From: an uncultured delta proteobacterium
Lineage (GTDB): Bacteria > Desulfobacterota > Desulfuromonadia > Desulfuromonadales > JACZKF01
Direction of reading: 5' to 3'
Length of the DNA: 64,000 nt
Assembly (NCBI GenBank): GCA_963816395.1
Contig: CAWFKQ010000005.1
Span: 128,001 to 192,000 of the forward strand
Part shown: in pieces, positions 11,412 through 21,478 of the stretch
How the letters are laid out: each line of letters begins with the position of its first letter
How positions within the stretch are numbered: the first letter of the stretch is position 1
Position numbers and translations under genes: made by a program
The notes under the pieces: model-generated
Told to the model about the DNA's origin: nothing
The model's input: only the letters and a program-made list of their open reading frames with translations
The model's database searches: none

Positions 11412-12311
11412 ATGGATATTACCGAGGATATCCTGTCGTATTCTCTGCAGATAGCGCGCAAGATCACCGCCCGGGCAGTGATGGTCTATGCGGACGTCTT
11501 CACCAGCTTTCGGGAAATCCGCTCTTTTCTCCAGGAAAGCGGCGAGCAGTCGGTGGTCATGGTCACCCGTGTACGGGAAAACATGCAGCGACTGCGGGAA
11601 GAGGGGGTGGAGGCGATTCAGGTGCCCAGCCTGCAGTTGACGCGCATGGGCCAGGTCAAGATCGCCGTCCTGCTCGGTCTCTCACAGGGGAAATTCCAGC
11701 AGGGGGACCGCCTGGTCTGTCTCACCGGGATGGCGGAGAAGAAGACCCTGGATACCATCCTTTTCATCGAGGTCGGGCAGGAGCATGAGATGTTCGCCGG
11801 GGCCAGGCTGGACGAGATCGGCACCCATCTAACTCCCGAGGTTTTCGAACGGGTCCTGGATATCGCCGTTTCCCTTGGTGCCGAGGGGCGGGAAGGAAAG
11901 CCGGTCGGCACCATCTTCGTCATCGGCGATGCCGAAAACGTCCTCTCCCAGAGCATCCCCCTGGTCCTCAACCCGTTCAAGGGGCACCCGCCGGATGAAC
12001 GCAACGTCCTCGACCCTTCCCTGGCAGAGACGATCAAGGAGTTCGCCACCATCGACGGTGCCTTCGTCATCCGCGGGGATGGACTGATCGAGGCGGCCGG
12101 AGTCTATCTCAAACCGGTCGTTCCGGGGGATAAGCTGCCCTGGGGACTGGGCACCCGTCATCTGTCGGCCTCGGGAATCACCGCCTCCACCAACGCGGTG
12201 GCGATCGTCGTCAGTGAATCGACCGGCAACGTCACCGTCTTTCGCGCCGGCAAAATGTTCATCGAGGTGGAGCGCCTGCGGGAGACCGGGGTTGCGAAAG
12301 AACAGGGCTAG
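11412..12311 (+). CDS. diadenylate cyclase, DacZ/CdaZ-like (N-terminal PK-C-like domain plus DisA_N)
   Basis: EGREGKPVGTIFVIGD, LNPFKGH, IKEFATIDGAFVI (DGA), GLGTRHLSASGIT, VSESTG. Confidence 0.85.
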   Translation: MDITEDILSYSLQIARKITARAVMVYADVFTSFREIRSFLQESGEQSVVMVTRVRENMQRLREEGVEAIQVPSLQLTRMGQVKIAVLLGLSQGKFQQGDRLVCLTGMAEKKTLDTILFIEVGQEHEMFAGARLDEIGTHLTPEVFERVLDIAVSLGAEGREGKPVGTIFVIGDAENVLSQSIPLVLNPFKGHPPDERNVLDPSLAETIKEFATIDGAFVIRGDGLIEAAGVYLKPVVPGDKLPWGLGTRHLSASGITASTNAVAIVVSESTGNVTVFRAGKMFIEVERLRETGVAKEQG

Positions 12312-12332
12312 CGGCAAGAGGGAAGCGGAAAA

Positions 12333-12365
12333 GAAGGACCGGCAGCCGAAGGGTGCCGGTCTTTC
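12333..12365. terminator. probable bidirectional terminator
   Basis: GAAGGACCGGCA...TGCCGGTCTTTC stem between the convergent dac and prkA genes. Confidence 0.6.
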
Positions 12366-12390
12366 CGTGCGCAAAGGGTGAAACCGTTGT

Positions 12391-14728
12391 TCAGGCGTGC
12401 GCGAACTTGCGGGCCAGATTGCTGTCGATGACGTATATGCACATGTCTTTTGCTCCCTGGCGGGTGTAGTGGAAGTTCTTGCACAGGTTGTTCATCAGGA
12501 AACTGACGTCGGCCCGGATCTTTTTGTCGTAGGTCTTGAACGCCTCCTTGTTGTCGTAGTCCTTGATCGCCCGCCGGAAGTTTTCGTTTTCCTGGAAGGG
12601 GTCGAGAACCTTCTCCTTCAGATTGTGGACATAGCGCTCGTGCATCGCCTGATAAAGCCGCGTTTCGACGATCCGCTTGCCTTCGGCCATGATTTCCCTG
12701 GTCAGGGTGTCGGCCGTGTATTCCCTCTGGGTTTCCTTACGGAAGTTCAACCGCTGCAGGCGGGTGGCATCGGAGCCGAGGAAACGGGTCTCCAGGCTAT
12801 GGAAGAATTCTTCGCTGATCTCCAGCCGTTCCCGGGTGAACTTGCAGGTCTGCACCGCCCCCGGTTCGAAGTTGACGGCGAACAGGTAGTTCTGGATGTC
12901 CCGGGAGATCCGCTCCTCGTTGTAGTAGTAGAGGGATTCCTTGACCTCCTGCAGTACGGTGTAATCATACAGGCGCACCAGCGAATCGAGAAACCCGCGC
13001 GGGATCCCCTCGCTCAGTTCCTTGTGTACCTTAGTGAAGAAATTATAGAGCACGGCCATGTTGATCAGCCGGTCCTTGCGGGCGTAAGCCGAGTAGAAAT
13101 CGTTGAAGATCTTGATCGAGTCGCGTCCGGAGAAGCCGCGCTCCCCTTCCGTTTCCGATTCCGCGATGATCTGCCGGCGGCGGCGAGCGGTCAGCCCCTT
13201 GCGATCCTCCTCGTCGAGCCACTTGGGGATGTTGCCGGTGTAGATCTCCATCTTCAACAGCTGCAGGTTGTCGTCGCAGTACAAGCTGTATTTTTCCGGG
13301 TCCTGAATCCAGTCCAGCAGCGCCTCGGAGCGCAGGTTGAGCCGTGAAGAGATGATGACCCGGGCGAAATTGTGCAGCACCCGGGGGAGAAAGCTGTCAT
13401 CGATGTTCCGGCCGAAGATGTTGCGGTAGATTTCCACCTCGGTAGTCAGGTCGAGGATATAGGGGATTTTGATGAACTCGATGCGGTCGGAGAAGGAGGG
13501 GAAATCCTGGATGCTCGTCTTGTCCTCGGGGTTCATCAAGGCCAGGAAGAGAGAGCTGACGTTCTCCTCGATGTCCTCCACCTTGTGCACCCCTTCGCTG
13601 ATGATGTTGTGCAGTTCGATCAGCCGCTCGGCATTGTGCGACTTTATATCCATCAGGGCATAGATGCCGTTGTTGGTCCTGGCGAAACGGGAGAAAATAT
13701 AGCGGACCAGGTTGCTGTCCTTGAGCGTCTCGTTAATCCTGTTCTGCAGCATCTCGTTGGTGAGTACCGAATTGCTTGGACGGTTTGTCGCCGGGGTTGA
13801 AGACGCTGGCTCCTTCGCCCAGACGCCGGTTGAACAGGTAGGGGCGGGCATAGAGCATGCGGAAGATTTCCCGGGGGGTCTGCAGACGGCTGAGCAGGGC
13901 GCTGTACAGGGAGCTGCAGATAGTGCACGGATGACTGCGGAAAACCCACTCGTACTCCTTGCGGGTGAACAGATCTTCCCGGAACGGGTGGTCGCGGAAA
14001 AGATCCTCGAGGAACGCCCGCCGGTGCACCTTGGGAACGATGAGTACCGGATTGTCGTGACTGGGGCAGGGGACTTCGACGATATCGTCCTCTCCCCGGT
14101 GCAGGTCAAGGGCGTCCATGACTTCCTGCTGCAGTTGCGGTGAATGCTGCAGCAGATTGCTCAGCCGTTCCTTCAGGCTGAGCCCGTCCGGGTCCCTGGC
14201 GCTCCCCAGCAGCCTCCGGTCGAGCCGCCAGATCGTCTCGTAGCGGGCACCCTTCTCGCTGTTGACGAAACGCTCGAACCTGCTGAGCAGGTTGTTGAGG
14301 AAGGTGCTCTTGCCGCAGCCGTGCGGTCCCTCGAAAATGTAAATCTTGTTCTGTTGTGCGCCGCGTTTGAGCGCCTCCACCATGTTGACCAGGCGGTTGG
14401 CGAAAAGGCGGTCGGCAAAGAAGGGCTGGTCGGCCCCCTCGACAAACAGCCGGCTGCAGTCGTAGTAGACGAAATGGATTGACTCGGGATCGTCGGGATA
14501 TTCGTCCATTCCTTCGGAAATGAAGTTTCTGACAAGATCGTGGAAGACCTGGAAAACATTGCGCAGAACCCGCTCCGGCCGCGCATGGAGGACATTCAGA
14601 AATTCCTCGAAGGGGATGGGATGGCGCTGTTCCCAGTCGGTGATGTGCTGCTCGACGTTCTGCAGTGCCCAGGCGATGGGATCGGCCTGACGGCCGTTTT
14701 CCAGCTTCATTTTCTGACTTGTGCTCAT
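12391..14728 (-). CDS. prkA: PrkA/YeaG-family AAA+ serine kinase-like protein (second, divergent copy), frameshifted near 13770
   Basis: FEGPHGCGKST Walker A, VPCPSHDNP, FARTNNGIYALMDIK, GERGFSGRDS; ATGA overlap with spoVR. Confidence 0.8.
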
Positions 14729-16338
14729 GACACTATCCTGCGATAAAGCTGCCGTTCCTTCATCTCGTAAACCACCCGCTCCCATGTCAATTCCTCCTCC
14801 CGACCGGTATCCCGCGGGGCGTCCTGCACTATCTCGCTGGTTTCCAGACGCACCGGACCACCCCAGAGGTATTCAACCCCCAGAAGAGAATTGGCGATAT
14901 ATTCCCGCACCAGAGGTTTTCCCTCGAAGCGGTGCACCAGATAGAGAGTGTTGCCGGTGCTTTTCTTGGGATCGATATCAATGCGCGGCGGATGGTAGAG
15001 TGAGCTCAGCAGCATTTCCCGGTAATCCTCGGCTTTGCGGCTCTTGACGAAATATTCCCAGACCATGCGGCTCTGGTTCAGCCGCCGGCCGGCGACGAAC
15101 AAGTCATATCGGCTGATGAAGTCCTGATCGACGAAAGAATTGATAAAGAGGAAGTCGGAATAATGCTGACGCACCTGAAATATCTTCGCCTGCCCCTGTC
15201 CGGTGCCGGCGTCGAAACGCTCTCGGGCATGGGCGTCGCGCAGGCGCTGATACGCTTCCGTATAGCGGCCGCGATCGGCTCCTTCCTCGACCACCTGAAA
15301 CAGGCGCATGCCCAAAGCGTAGGGATTAAGCCCGACCCGCGGCAGAGAGGCAACCCCGGCATGCACGCGGGCGAATTCCACCTCATGGCCGCGGATGCGT
15401 TCATCCCTCAGAAAGAGTTTTTCGTGCCAGTAGCTGGCCCATCCTTCGTTCATGATCTTGGTGCGGATTTGCGGCTGGAAGTAGATGGAGGTTTTGCGCA
15501 CGACCTGCAGGACCGACTGCATCCATTTGTTCTCGTCCCGATTGAGGAAATCCGAGCGTTCCATCAGGAATTGCAGCAGGTCGCTGCCGCGGCGGGGTTT
15601 CTCTGCCAGGCTTCTTTCGAAAACCGCCTCGAACTCCGGGTATTTTTTGAAGGTCTCGGCGAAGAAGGTCTGCTCGCCGGTTTCACCGTCGGCTCGCAGG
15701 CACTCGTTGTAGCGGTTGATTTCCTTGACGTATTCGGCAATGCGCACCTTGCGGGTGGTCTGCAGAAAGACGTCGAAATAGAAATCGAGGCGCCGCGAGC
15801 GGGCGTCACCGGCGGGGGGGTCGAGCCGCCCCAGTTCTTCGAAATACCCTACCAGGTTGTCGATGCTGCGGCCGAATTCGATGATGTAATCCACCCAGCG
15901 GCCGTGCTTGGTCCGCAGACCGGCGATCAGGCGCTTGTCGGAGAGCGCCTGCCCCGCCAGGTCGTAATCCCAGGTGTGGCGGTAGAAAAGATTGTTCTGG
16001 AAGAAATCGATATGCGCCAGAACGTGATAAAAGATCATCACGTTCAGCCAGTCCGGGTTGTTGTCGTTGTAGAAGGAAATGGCGGGGCGGGTGTTGATGA
16101 CCGTCTCATAGGGGTTACCCGGATAGAGTTCGTAGCGCCCCTTTTCCTTGAGTACCTCGACATCGTGCACCCAGTAATCGTACAGGGTGGGGATCATCAG
16201 TTTGGGGGTGAGCTCCAGCAGGTCGCGATTGGTGACGATATATTCAAGGGTCTCGTCTTCGAAGCGCAGCCCCGCCGTCCGCGCCCGCTCCTTGCACCCT
16301 TCCATGATGCGTTTTGTATGTTGGTTGATTAGTTCCAT
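14725..16338 (-). CDS. spoVR: SpoVR family protein
   Basis: PYETVINTRP, HVLAHIDFFQNN, YFQPQIRTKIMNEGWASYWH, NPYALG, YLWGGPVRLET. Confidence 0.9.
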   Translation of the reverse strand: MELINQHTKRIMEGCKERARTAGLRFEDETLEYIVTNRDLLELTPKLMIPTLYDYWVHDVEVLKEKGRYELYPGNPYETVINTRPAISFYNDNNPDWLNVMIFYHVLAHIDFFQNNLFYRHTWDYDLAGQALSDKRLIAGLRTKHGRWVDYIIEFGRSIDNLVGYFEELGRLDPPAGDARSRRLDFYFDVFLQTTRKVRIAEYVKEINRYNECLRADGETGEQTFFAETFKKYPEFEAVFERSLAEKPRRGSDLLQFLMERSDFLNRDENKWMQSVLQVVRKTSIYFQPQIRTKIMNEGWASYWHEKLFLRDERIRGHEVEFARVHAGVASLPRVGLNPYALGMRLFQVVEEGADRGRYTEAYQRLRDAHARERFDAGTGQGQAKIFQVRQHYSDFLFINSFVDQDFISRYDLFVAGRRLNQSRMVWEYFVKSRKAEDYREMLLSSLYHPPRIDIDPKKSTGNTLYLVHRFEGKPLVREYIANSLLGVEYLWGGPVRLETSEIVQDAPRDTGREEELTWERVVYEMKERQLYRRIVS

Positions 16339-16343
16339 AATTA

Positions 16344-16374
16344 CCGGCTCGCGGCTTGCGGTTCGCGGCTCGCG
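16344..16374. repeat. degenerate tandem heptamer repeat (GCGGCTC-like x4)
   Basis: CCGGCTC GCGGCTT GCGGTTC GCGGCTC GCG in the yeaH-spoVR spacer. Confidence 0.6.
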
Positions 16375-16424
16375 AAAGTCAGAACCATAGATTTCCGCGT
16401 ACCTGCATCACGCATACCGCGCCC

Positions 16425-17800
16425 CTACGAAATCAGTTTCTTTATCCCCTCGATCACCCGTGCCTCCTCGGCCTCGTCGTCCATGGTATCGAGGCGCAGA
16501 TGACCCGACTTCGTTTCGAGCAGCCCTGATTTCTTCAGGTACCGCTCAACCTCCGTGCCGCCGGCGGCGCCGTGCATGTGCTCGGCAACCGTGACCCCTA
16601 TCCGGCTGACATAGGTCAGCATCTTCTTCAGTTCGGCGATCATTTCTTTGCCGTCGGCATCCCAGTCGTCGCCGTCGGTGCCGTGAAATACGTAGATATT
16701 GTAATCGCGGGCCAGGCTCTCCTTTTCCACCATCTCGTTGACCAGGCGGAAGGCGGAGGCCACCCGCGTGCCGCCGGCCACCCGGGAGTTGTAGTAGGTG
16801 TAGAAATCGGGGACTTCCTTGGCGTCGGTGTCATGCAGGATGAAGCGCGATTCCACCTGCCGGTCGTACTGGTAGAGAAGCCAGCTGTAGATCAGCACGT
16901 GCTGGGAGACGACCAGATCGGTTGCCTTGCCGGCCATCGACCCTGAGTAGTCGCGGAGGAAGAATACCAGTGCCTGCGATTCGTAGTCCTTTTCGCGGGA
17001 AAGGACCCGAAAAACCTTGTCGTCGGGACCGATGAGAAACTTGGTGGTATCGATATCCCCGAGATCCGGGAGGTTGCCCAGGCTCATGTTGGTTTCCAGA
17101 ATCCGCCGCAAGGTCGCTTTCTTGTCGAGAATCTGCCCGAACCCCCGATGCCGGTCGGTAAGATCGTAGGTGTAGCGGGTAAGGGAGCGCTTCTTCCCCT
17201 TCTCCTGCAGGTTGGGCAGCTCGAATTTTTCGGTGAGAATCCGCCCCAGGTCATAGGCGCTCGACTCCACTTCGTGCGCCCCGCCCTCCCCCTGCCCGGC
17301 CCCGCCGGCGCCGGCTTCCTCCGGTGCATGCACCGGCTGCTCGCCGATGACTTCCCCCTCCTCACCTTCGCCGGACCCGCCGGAAGCCCCCGCCGCCGTC
17401 CTCCTTTGAGGAAGGTGCTGTCATGGAGCAGCTTTTCCTCCACAGTGGTCGGGACGATCACTACCTTCCCCTGTTTCCCCCGCCCCGGGCGGACCAGTTT
17501 CCCGACGCGGATCTTACGCGGGAAGCCGTCCTTCTCCCGCTGTTTGTCGCGCTCCAGCAGTTCGTCAATGGAGCGGATGCTGGTGGTATAGGGAGGATGC
17601 GGCTTGTCGAGCTTCAGCAGCACCGACAGGTCGTCCCAGGCATAAAGGGAAAGGGGCGCTATCCCCTGCGGCCCGGGTTGCGGCGGCAGGTCGTGCGTCC
17701 CCCCGCCGCGCAGCTCGGCCAGAATTTTTTCCTCCTGCAACGGAGAAAGCCCCTTCTGTTTCAGGGCGAGATAGAGTCTGTGATCGGACGAATTGGACAT
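16425..17800 (-). CDS. DUF444 (YeaH/YhbH) vWA-like protein, frameshifted near 17360-17400
   Basis: FELPNLQEKG, ILDKKATLRR, FFLRDYSGSM (MIDAS-like), GGTRVASA, YVFHGTDGDDW. Confidence 0.85.
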
Positions 17801-17859
17801 ATAGGGCCTATGATTCGTATTGCCTCCAGCCTCTTGTCACTTGCCTCTAGCCTGCTCTT

Positions 17860-19924
17860 CTACACTTCGTCTTCCTGGGTGCAGAAGTATTCGATCGTCT
17901 TCTGCGCGCAGGTCTGGCAGTACTTGAGCTTGTTGAGCATGGTGTCGATCATGCGATCGTAGAGCTTCTGGTTCTCCTCGTTGGTGCGGTTGGCCAGGGC
18001 GCCGATCAGGCTGCCGGCGCCGGCGATATCGCTCTTCAGCCGCACGTCGGTGACCGCCTTGACCAGTTCCAGGTTGTCCATGAAGTCGTAGTTGGGATCG
18101 ACGGAGATCTTCTGCCCGTAGATCTTGCGGATGGAAGTGCGGAAGGTCTCGATCTGCTCATCGGTCTTCAGATCCCAGGCGGTCTTCGATATTGCGGATG
18201 TAGCGCTCATCGATCTTCAGCGCCCTGAGCTCCCGGGTCTGCGGGTCCTTGTACTTCCACATCTTGTCCGGGCCGAGATTCTCGGCATCGACGCCGATGA
18301 TCATGTTGACGTAGTTCATCACGTCCTTGCGGATGGCAAAAGGCTCGTCCATATAGGCGTTGAACATCTCGGTCATGATCCGTTCGCGGTAGAGCCCCTT
18401 GGCGGTCTTCAGGTCCTCCAGGTATTTCGCCCGGTCATTGGCGTCCGGCACGTAATCGAGAATGACCCGTTCGATGGCGTTGAAAACATCGTAGGCGAAC
18501 ATGCACCGCCCCTCGTTGGTTTCCGAACTTTCCACCAGCAGCTGGATGGCCCGCCCCAGATTGCGCTGGCCGAGCCCCTTCTGACCGAAACGCTTGGTGA
18601 TGTCGGGGTCCTGGTTGAGGGTGTCGATCACCTCCGCCAGGGCCTTGATGCTTTTCTCCCCAGCCACCTCGCCGGCAGCCAGCTTCATCGTCTCCACCCC
18701 GGTCAGTTTTTCCGATCGGGGCAGGCGGGAGAGAACCGCCGCCACCGAGGCGGCGTAATTGAGATTCGGATCCTGGTGCAGATTTTCCTTGCTCAGGGTC
18801 GTCTTGGTCTCGCTGCCGATGGCATAACCGGTGAGGTTTCCTTGCATCAGGTAATTGGTGTTGTGGGAAACGTAGCAGATACGGCAGCGATCGACGATCG
18901 GCGCCTCCTCCTTCTCGGCGAGGAAACGGTTGAATTCCGAGTTGTTGCTGGTGGCGATGATCAGGGTGTCGATCGGCCACTTGTAGCCGTCGATCTCGAT
19001 CACCCGGTTCTGGATTACTCCCAGGTAGACCTGCACCAGGTCCTTCTTGTTCTTGTAGATCTCGTCGGAGAAATGGATGCCGCCGCCGGCCACCCGGGCC
19101 AGGGCGCCGCGCCGCAGGTCGAAGCGGTACGGGTTGTTGGTGTCGGTGATATGCAGCAGGCGCTGGATCGATTCCTCTCCCAGCAAATCGACGGCCGAGG
19201 AGGTGATCTTGTCCTTGGCCGCGTATTTGCCGGTGACCGTTCCCAGACTTTCGGTCAGCGGCACCGGGATGACTTCGATGAACTTCAGCATCTCCTGCAG
19301 GTCGCCGCCGGTATGGTTGCGGATATCGTTCCACATGTAGCCGCTGCAGGCGCCGAGGGGCCGGTAATTCTCGTACAGCCGGTCAATTTCCCGATCCTTG
19401 AGGCCACCTTCCTTGGCCAGGAATTCCCGGCTCCTCTCCGGCTCTTCAAGGATGTTCATCGCCAGGATCATCGGGTCTTCATAGGTCTGGGACTCGATGG
19501 TGCTGATGCGCCCGTAGCTGCCGAGGCGGTCCATGCCGGTGAAACGGAAGGTATATTTCCGGTTTCCGTCCCGCATCAGGAACTGGCGATACTTGCCGCA
19601 GAGAAATTCCACGAAAAATGTCTTGCCGTTTCCCGGCTCTCCCACCAGGACGAAGGCCATCTCCTTGCTCGAGCCCCCCTCGGCGGCGTCCTTGACGAAG
19701 GAAACCAAACTGTTGATTTCGTCATACATGCCGATGGCGTGCTTGCGGCCATTGCGGAAGATCTTGAAATCGTAGGTTGTTTTGCCGTTCGCCACGACTT
19801 TCTCGATCTCATCCTCCAGAATCATCCGGGCCACGCCCTGAAACGCGTTCTCGAAGCGCCGCTCCCCCTTGCGAACAGCTGCCAGATGAAACTGAAGGGA
19901 ATTTGTGCCTATTTTTTCAGCCAT
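17860..19924 (-). CDS. prkA: PrkA/YeaG-family serine kinase/AAA+ ATPase, frameshifted near 18175
   Basis: VLVGEPGNGKT, RGALARVAGGGIHFSDEIYK, IDTLIIATSN, VDRCRICYVSHN; C-terminus continues in ORF 17860-18210. Confidence 0.85.
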
Positions 19925-20412
19925 TTGCTCCTCCGAACCTGCCAGTCTTGTGAACTATCGTTGGTCATTATACTGAATTTTGGTATTTTTTTGGAGTTTT
20001 TCTTGTTCGGGCCAAGCGCCCAGGAAACTCCAGTGAAGAACTCGAAAAGCAACGATTTTCTTCCGAAGAATAGTAAAACATAGTTTTATTTATCCTGCCC
20101 GGCGAGTGACCCAGGGTCTGAGGTTCACATGCAACCTTAATCCCTGGCAGCTAAGCCGTCCGATTGATACTTCCATTGTGACCGTTTCTCGGTTCGATGC
20201 AAGCTGCCTGTGCCGATTCCTCCATGAGCGTCGACTCCGGAATCCTCAGGCGCCTTCTGCAAATTTTATATCGCCCGGTCGAACCCCCAGTCACCGGGGA
20301 AACCTTCCGAGTACTGTCTCCTCCCGATTGCGCCCTCCCCTTTTTCACCTATATTGAAAGAAGCAAAGGGTGGCAACAGAGTTCACCGACAGCATGGAGG
20401 CTTCCACCCGTC

Positions 20413-20682
20413 ATGACTGCTGATCTGCGAAAAGTCAGGAAGATACTCGAGGAAGATCCCCGCTTGGCCGGTTTCGCCGTCCGCCGGCAAGAGGGAGAAA
20501 TTCATTTGGAGAAGGGCGGTGACAGTTTTGCCCGCCTGATCCCCGCCGGCGAGAAGGAGTTGTGGCGAATCGAGGTATTTCGAGATACCGAAGAATGGGA
20601 GATCGTCGATTTTACCGGAACTATTGAGGAATGCCTGGGGCTCCTCGCCGAACACCCACTGTACCTTTTCTGGGAGCGATGA
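20413..20682 (+). CDS. small hypothetical protein
   Basis: GGAGG RBS; MTADLRKVRKILEED..FARLIP..WRIEVFRDTEEWE..HPLYLFWER; first gene of a 3-gene run. Confidence 0.6.
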   Translation: MTADLRKVRKILEEDPRLAGFAVRRQEGEIHLEKGGDSFARLIPAGEKELWRIEVFRDTEEWEIVDFTGTIEECLGLLAEHPLYLFWER

Positions 20683-20692
20683 CCTTCAACCG

Positions 20693-21478
20693 ATGGACAG
20701 TGCATTGCATCTGATTGTTTCACAGGTGGGAGATGAACTGGCCGCCCGGCGCCGGGAAATGGCACGGCTGGCTGATCTGCTGGCGGAGCAGGAGCTGGAA
20801 CTGGCCGAACTTCGCTCTACTCTCATCCGCTTTCAACATCGCTATTTTCAGGTCGTGGGCCGCAGATACGCGGAAATGGACGAACTGCGGGCCCGCCTTG
20901 CCCGAAAGCGCGCCGAGCGGGCTCCCGCCGACGAAAGAGCGGCGCGCGAAGGCCTGGCATTTCCGTTACCGGGCCGACAGGACCGCTCGTGGCTACCGAA
21001 ATCCCAGCGAAGAGGGGGAAGAGGCCGGCGCGAGGATAAACCGGCGTCCGAGGAAATCAAGAAACTTTACCGGTCCATCGCCGTGCAGATCCATCCGGAT
21101 CGGGCGAAAACGGAAAAATCCCGGGCGATCCGCACCGCCCTGATGGCCGAACTCAACGCCGCTTATGCCGCGGGCGACACGATCCGCATGCAGACGATCC
21201 TGGAGGAGTGGCAATCGAGCCCGGAATCGATCGCCGGCGAAGGGCCGGAAGCCGAGTTGCTGCGGCTGACTCGGGCACTGATTCGGATGGAACGGCGGCT
21301 GGGGCGAATCGAAAAGGAAATCGGCCGGCTTCAGGCCTCTCCTATGGGTCGGCTTCTGCGGCGGGTTCGCGAGGCGGCTGCCCGCGGAAAGGATCTCCTG
21401 GACGAACTGGCGGCGGAGCTCGACCTGAAGATCGAGCTGGCCCGCCGGGAACTTGAAGAAATGGAGGAGAACAGCTGA
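20693..21478 (+). CDS. coiled-coil protein with internal J-domain-like (HPD) region
   Basis: EIKKLYRSIAVQIHPDRA..LMAELNAAY flanked by long heptad helices. Confidence 0.75.
   Translation: MDSALHLIVSQVGDELAARRREMARLADLLAEQELELAELRSTLIRFQHRYFQVVGRRYAEMDELRARLARKRAERAPADERAAREGLAFPLPGRQDRSWLPKSQRRGGRGRREDKPASEEIKKLYRSIAVQIHPDRAKTEKSRAIRTALMAELNAAYAAGDTIRMQTILEEWQSSPESIAGEGPEAELLRLTRALIRMERRLGRIEKEIGRLQASPMGRLLRRVREAAARGKDLLDELAAELDLKIELARRELEEMEENS

Noticed and set aside
18125..20083. 652-aa plus-strand ORF and similar long antisense ORFs (e.g. 15163-16332, 29477-30934, 31094-32206, 36967-38235)
   Set aside because: Each mirrors a well-supported gene on the opposite strand.
20130..20145. Minus-strand sigma54-like element AGGGATTAAGGTTGCA upstream of prkA
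   Set aside because: Spacing is right but the -24 box is poor, and it overlaps a hairpin; too weak to call.
20100..20165. c-di-AMP or c-di-GMP riboswitch, or 6S RNA (contains CAGCTAA)
   Set aside because: The other conserved elements of these families are not recognisable; kept only as an unassigned structure.
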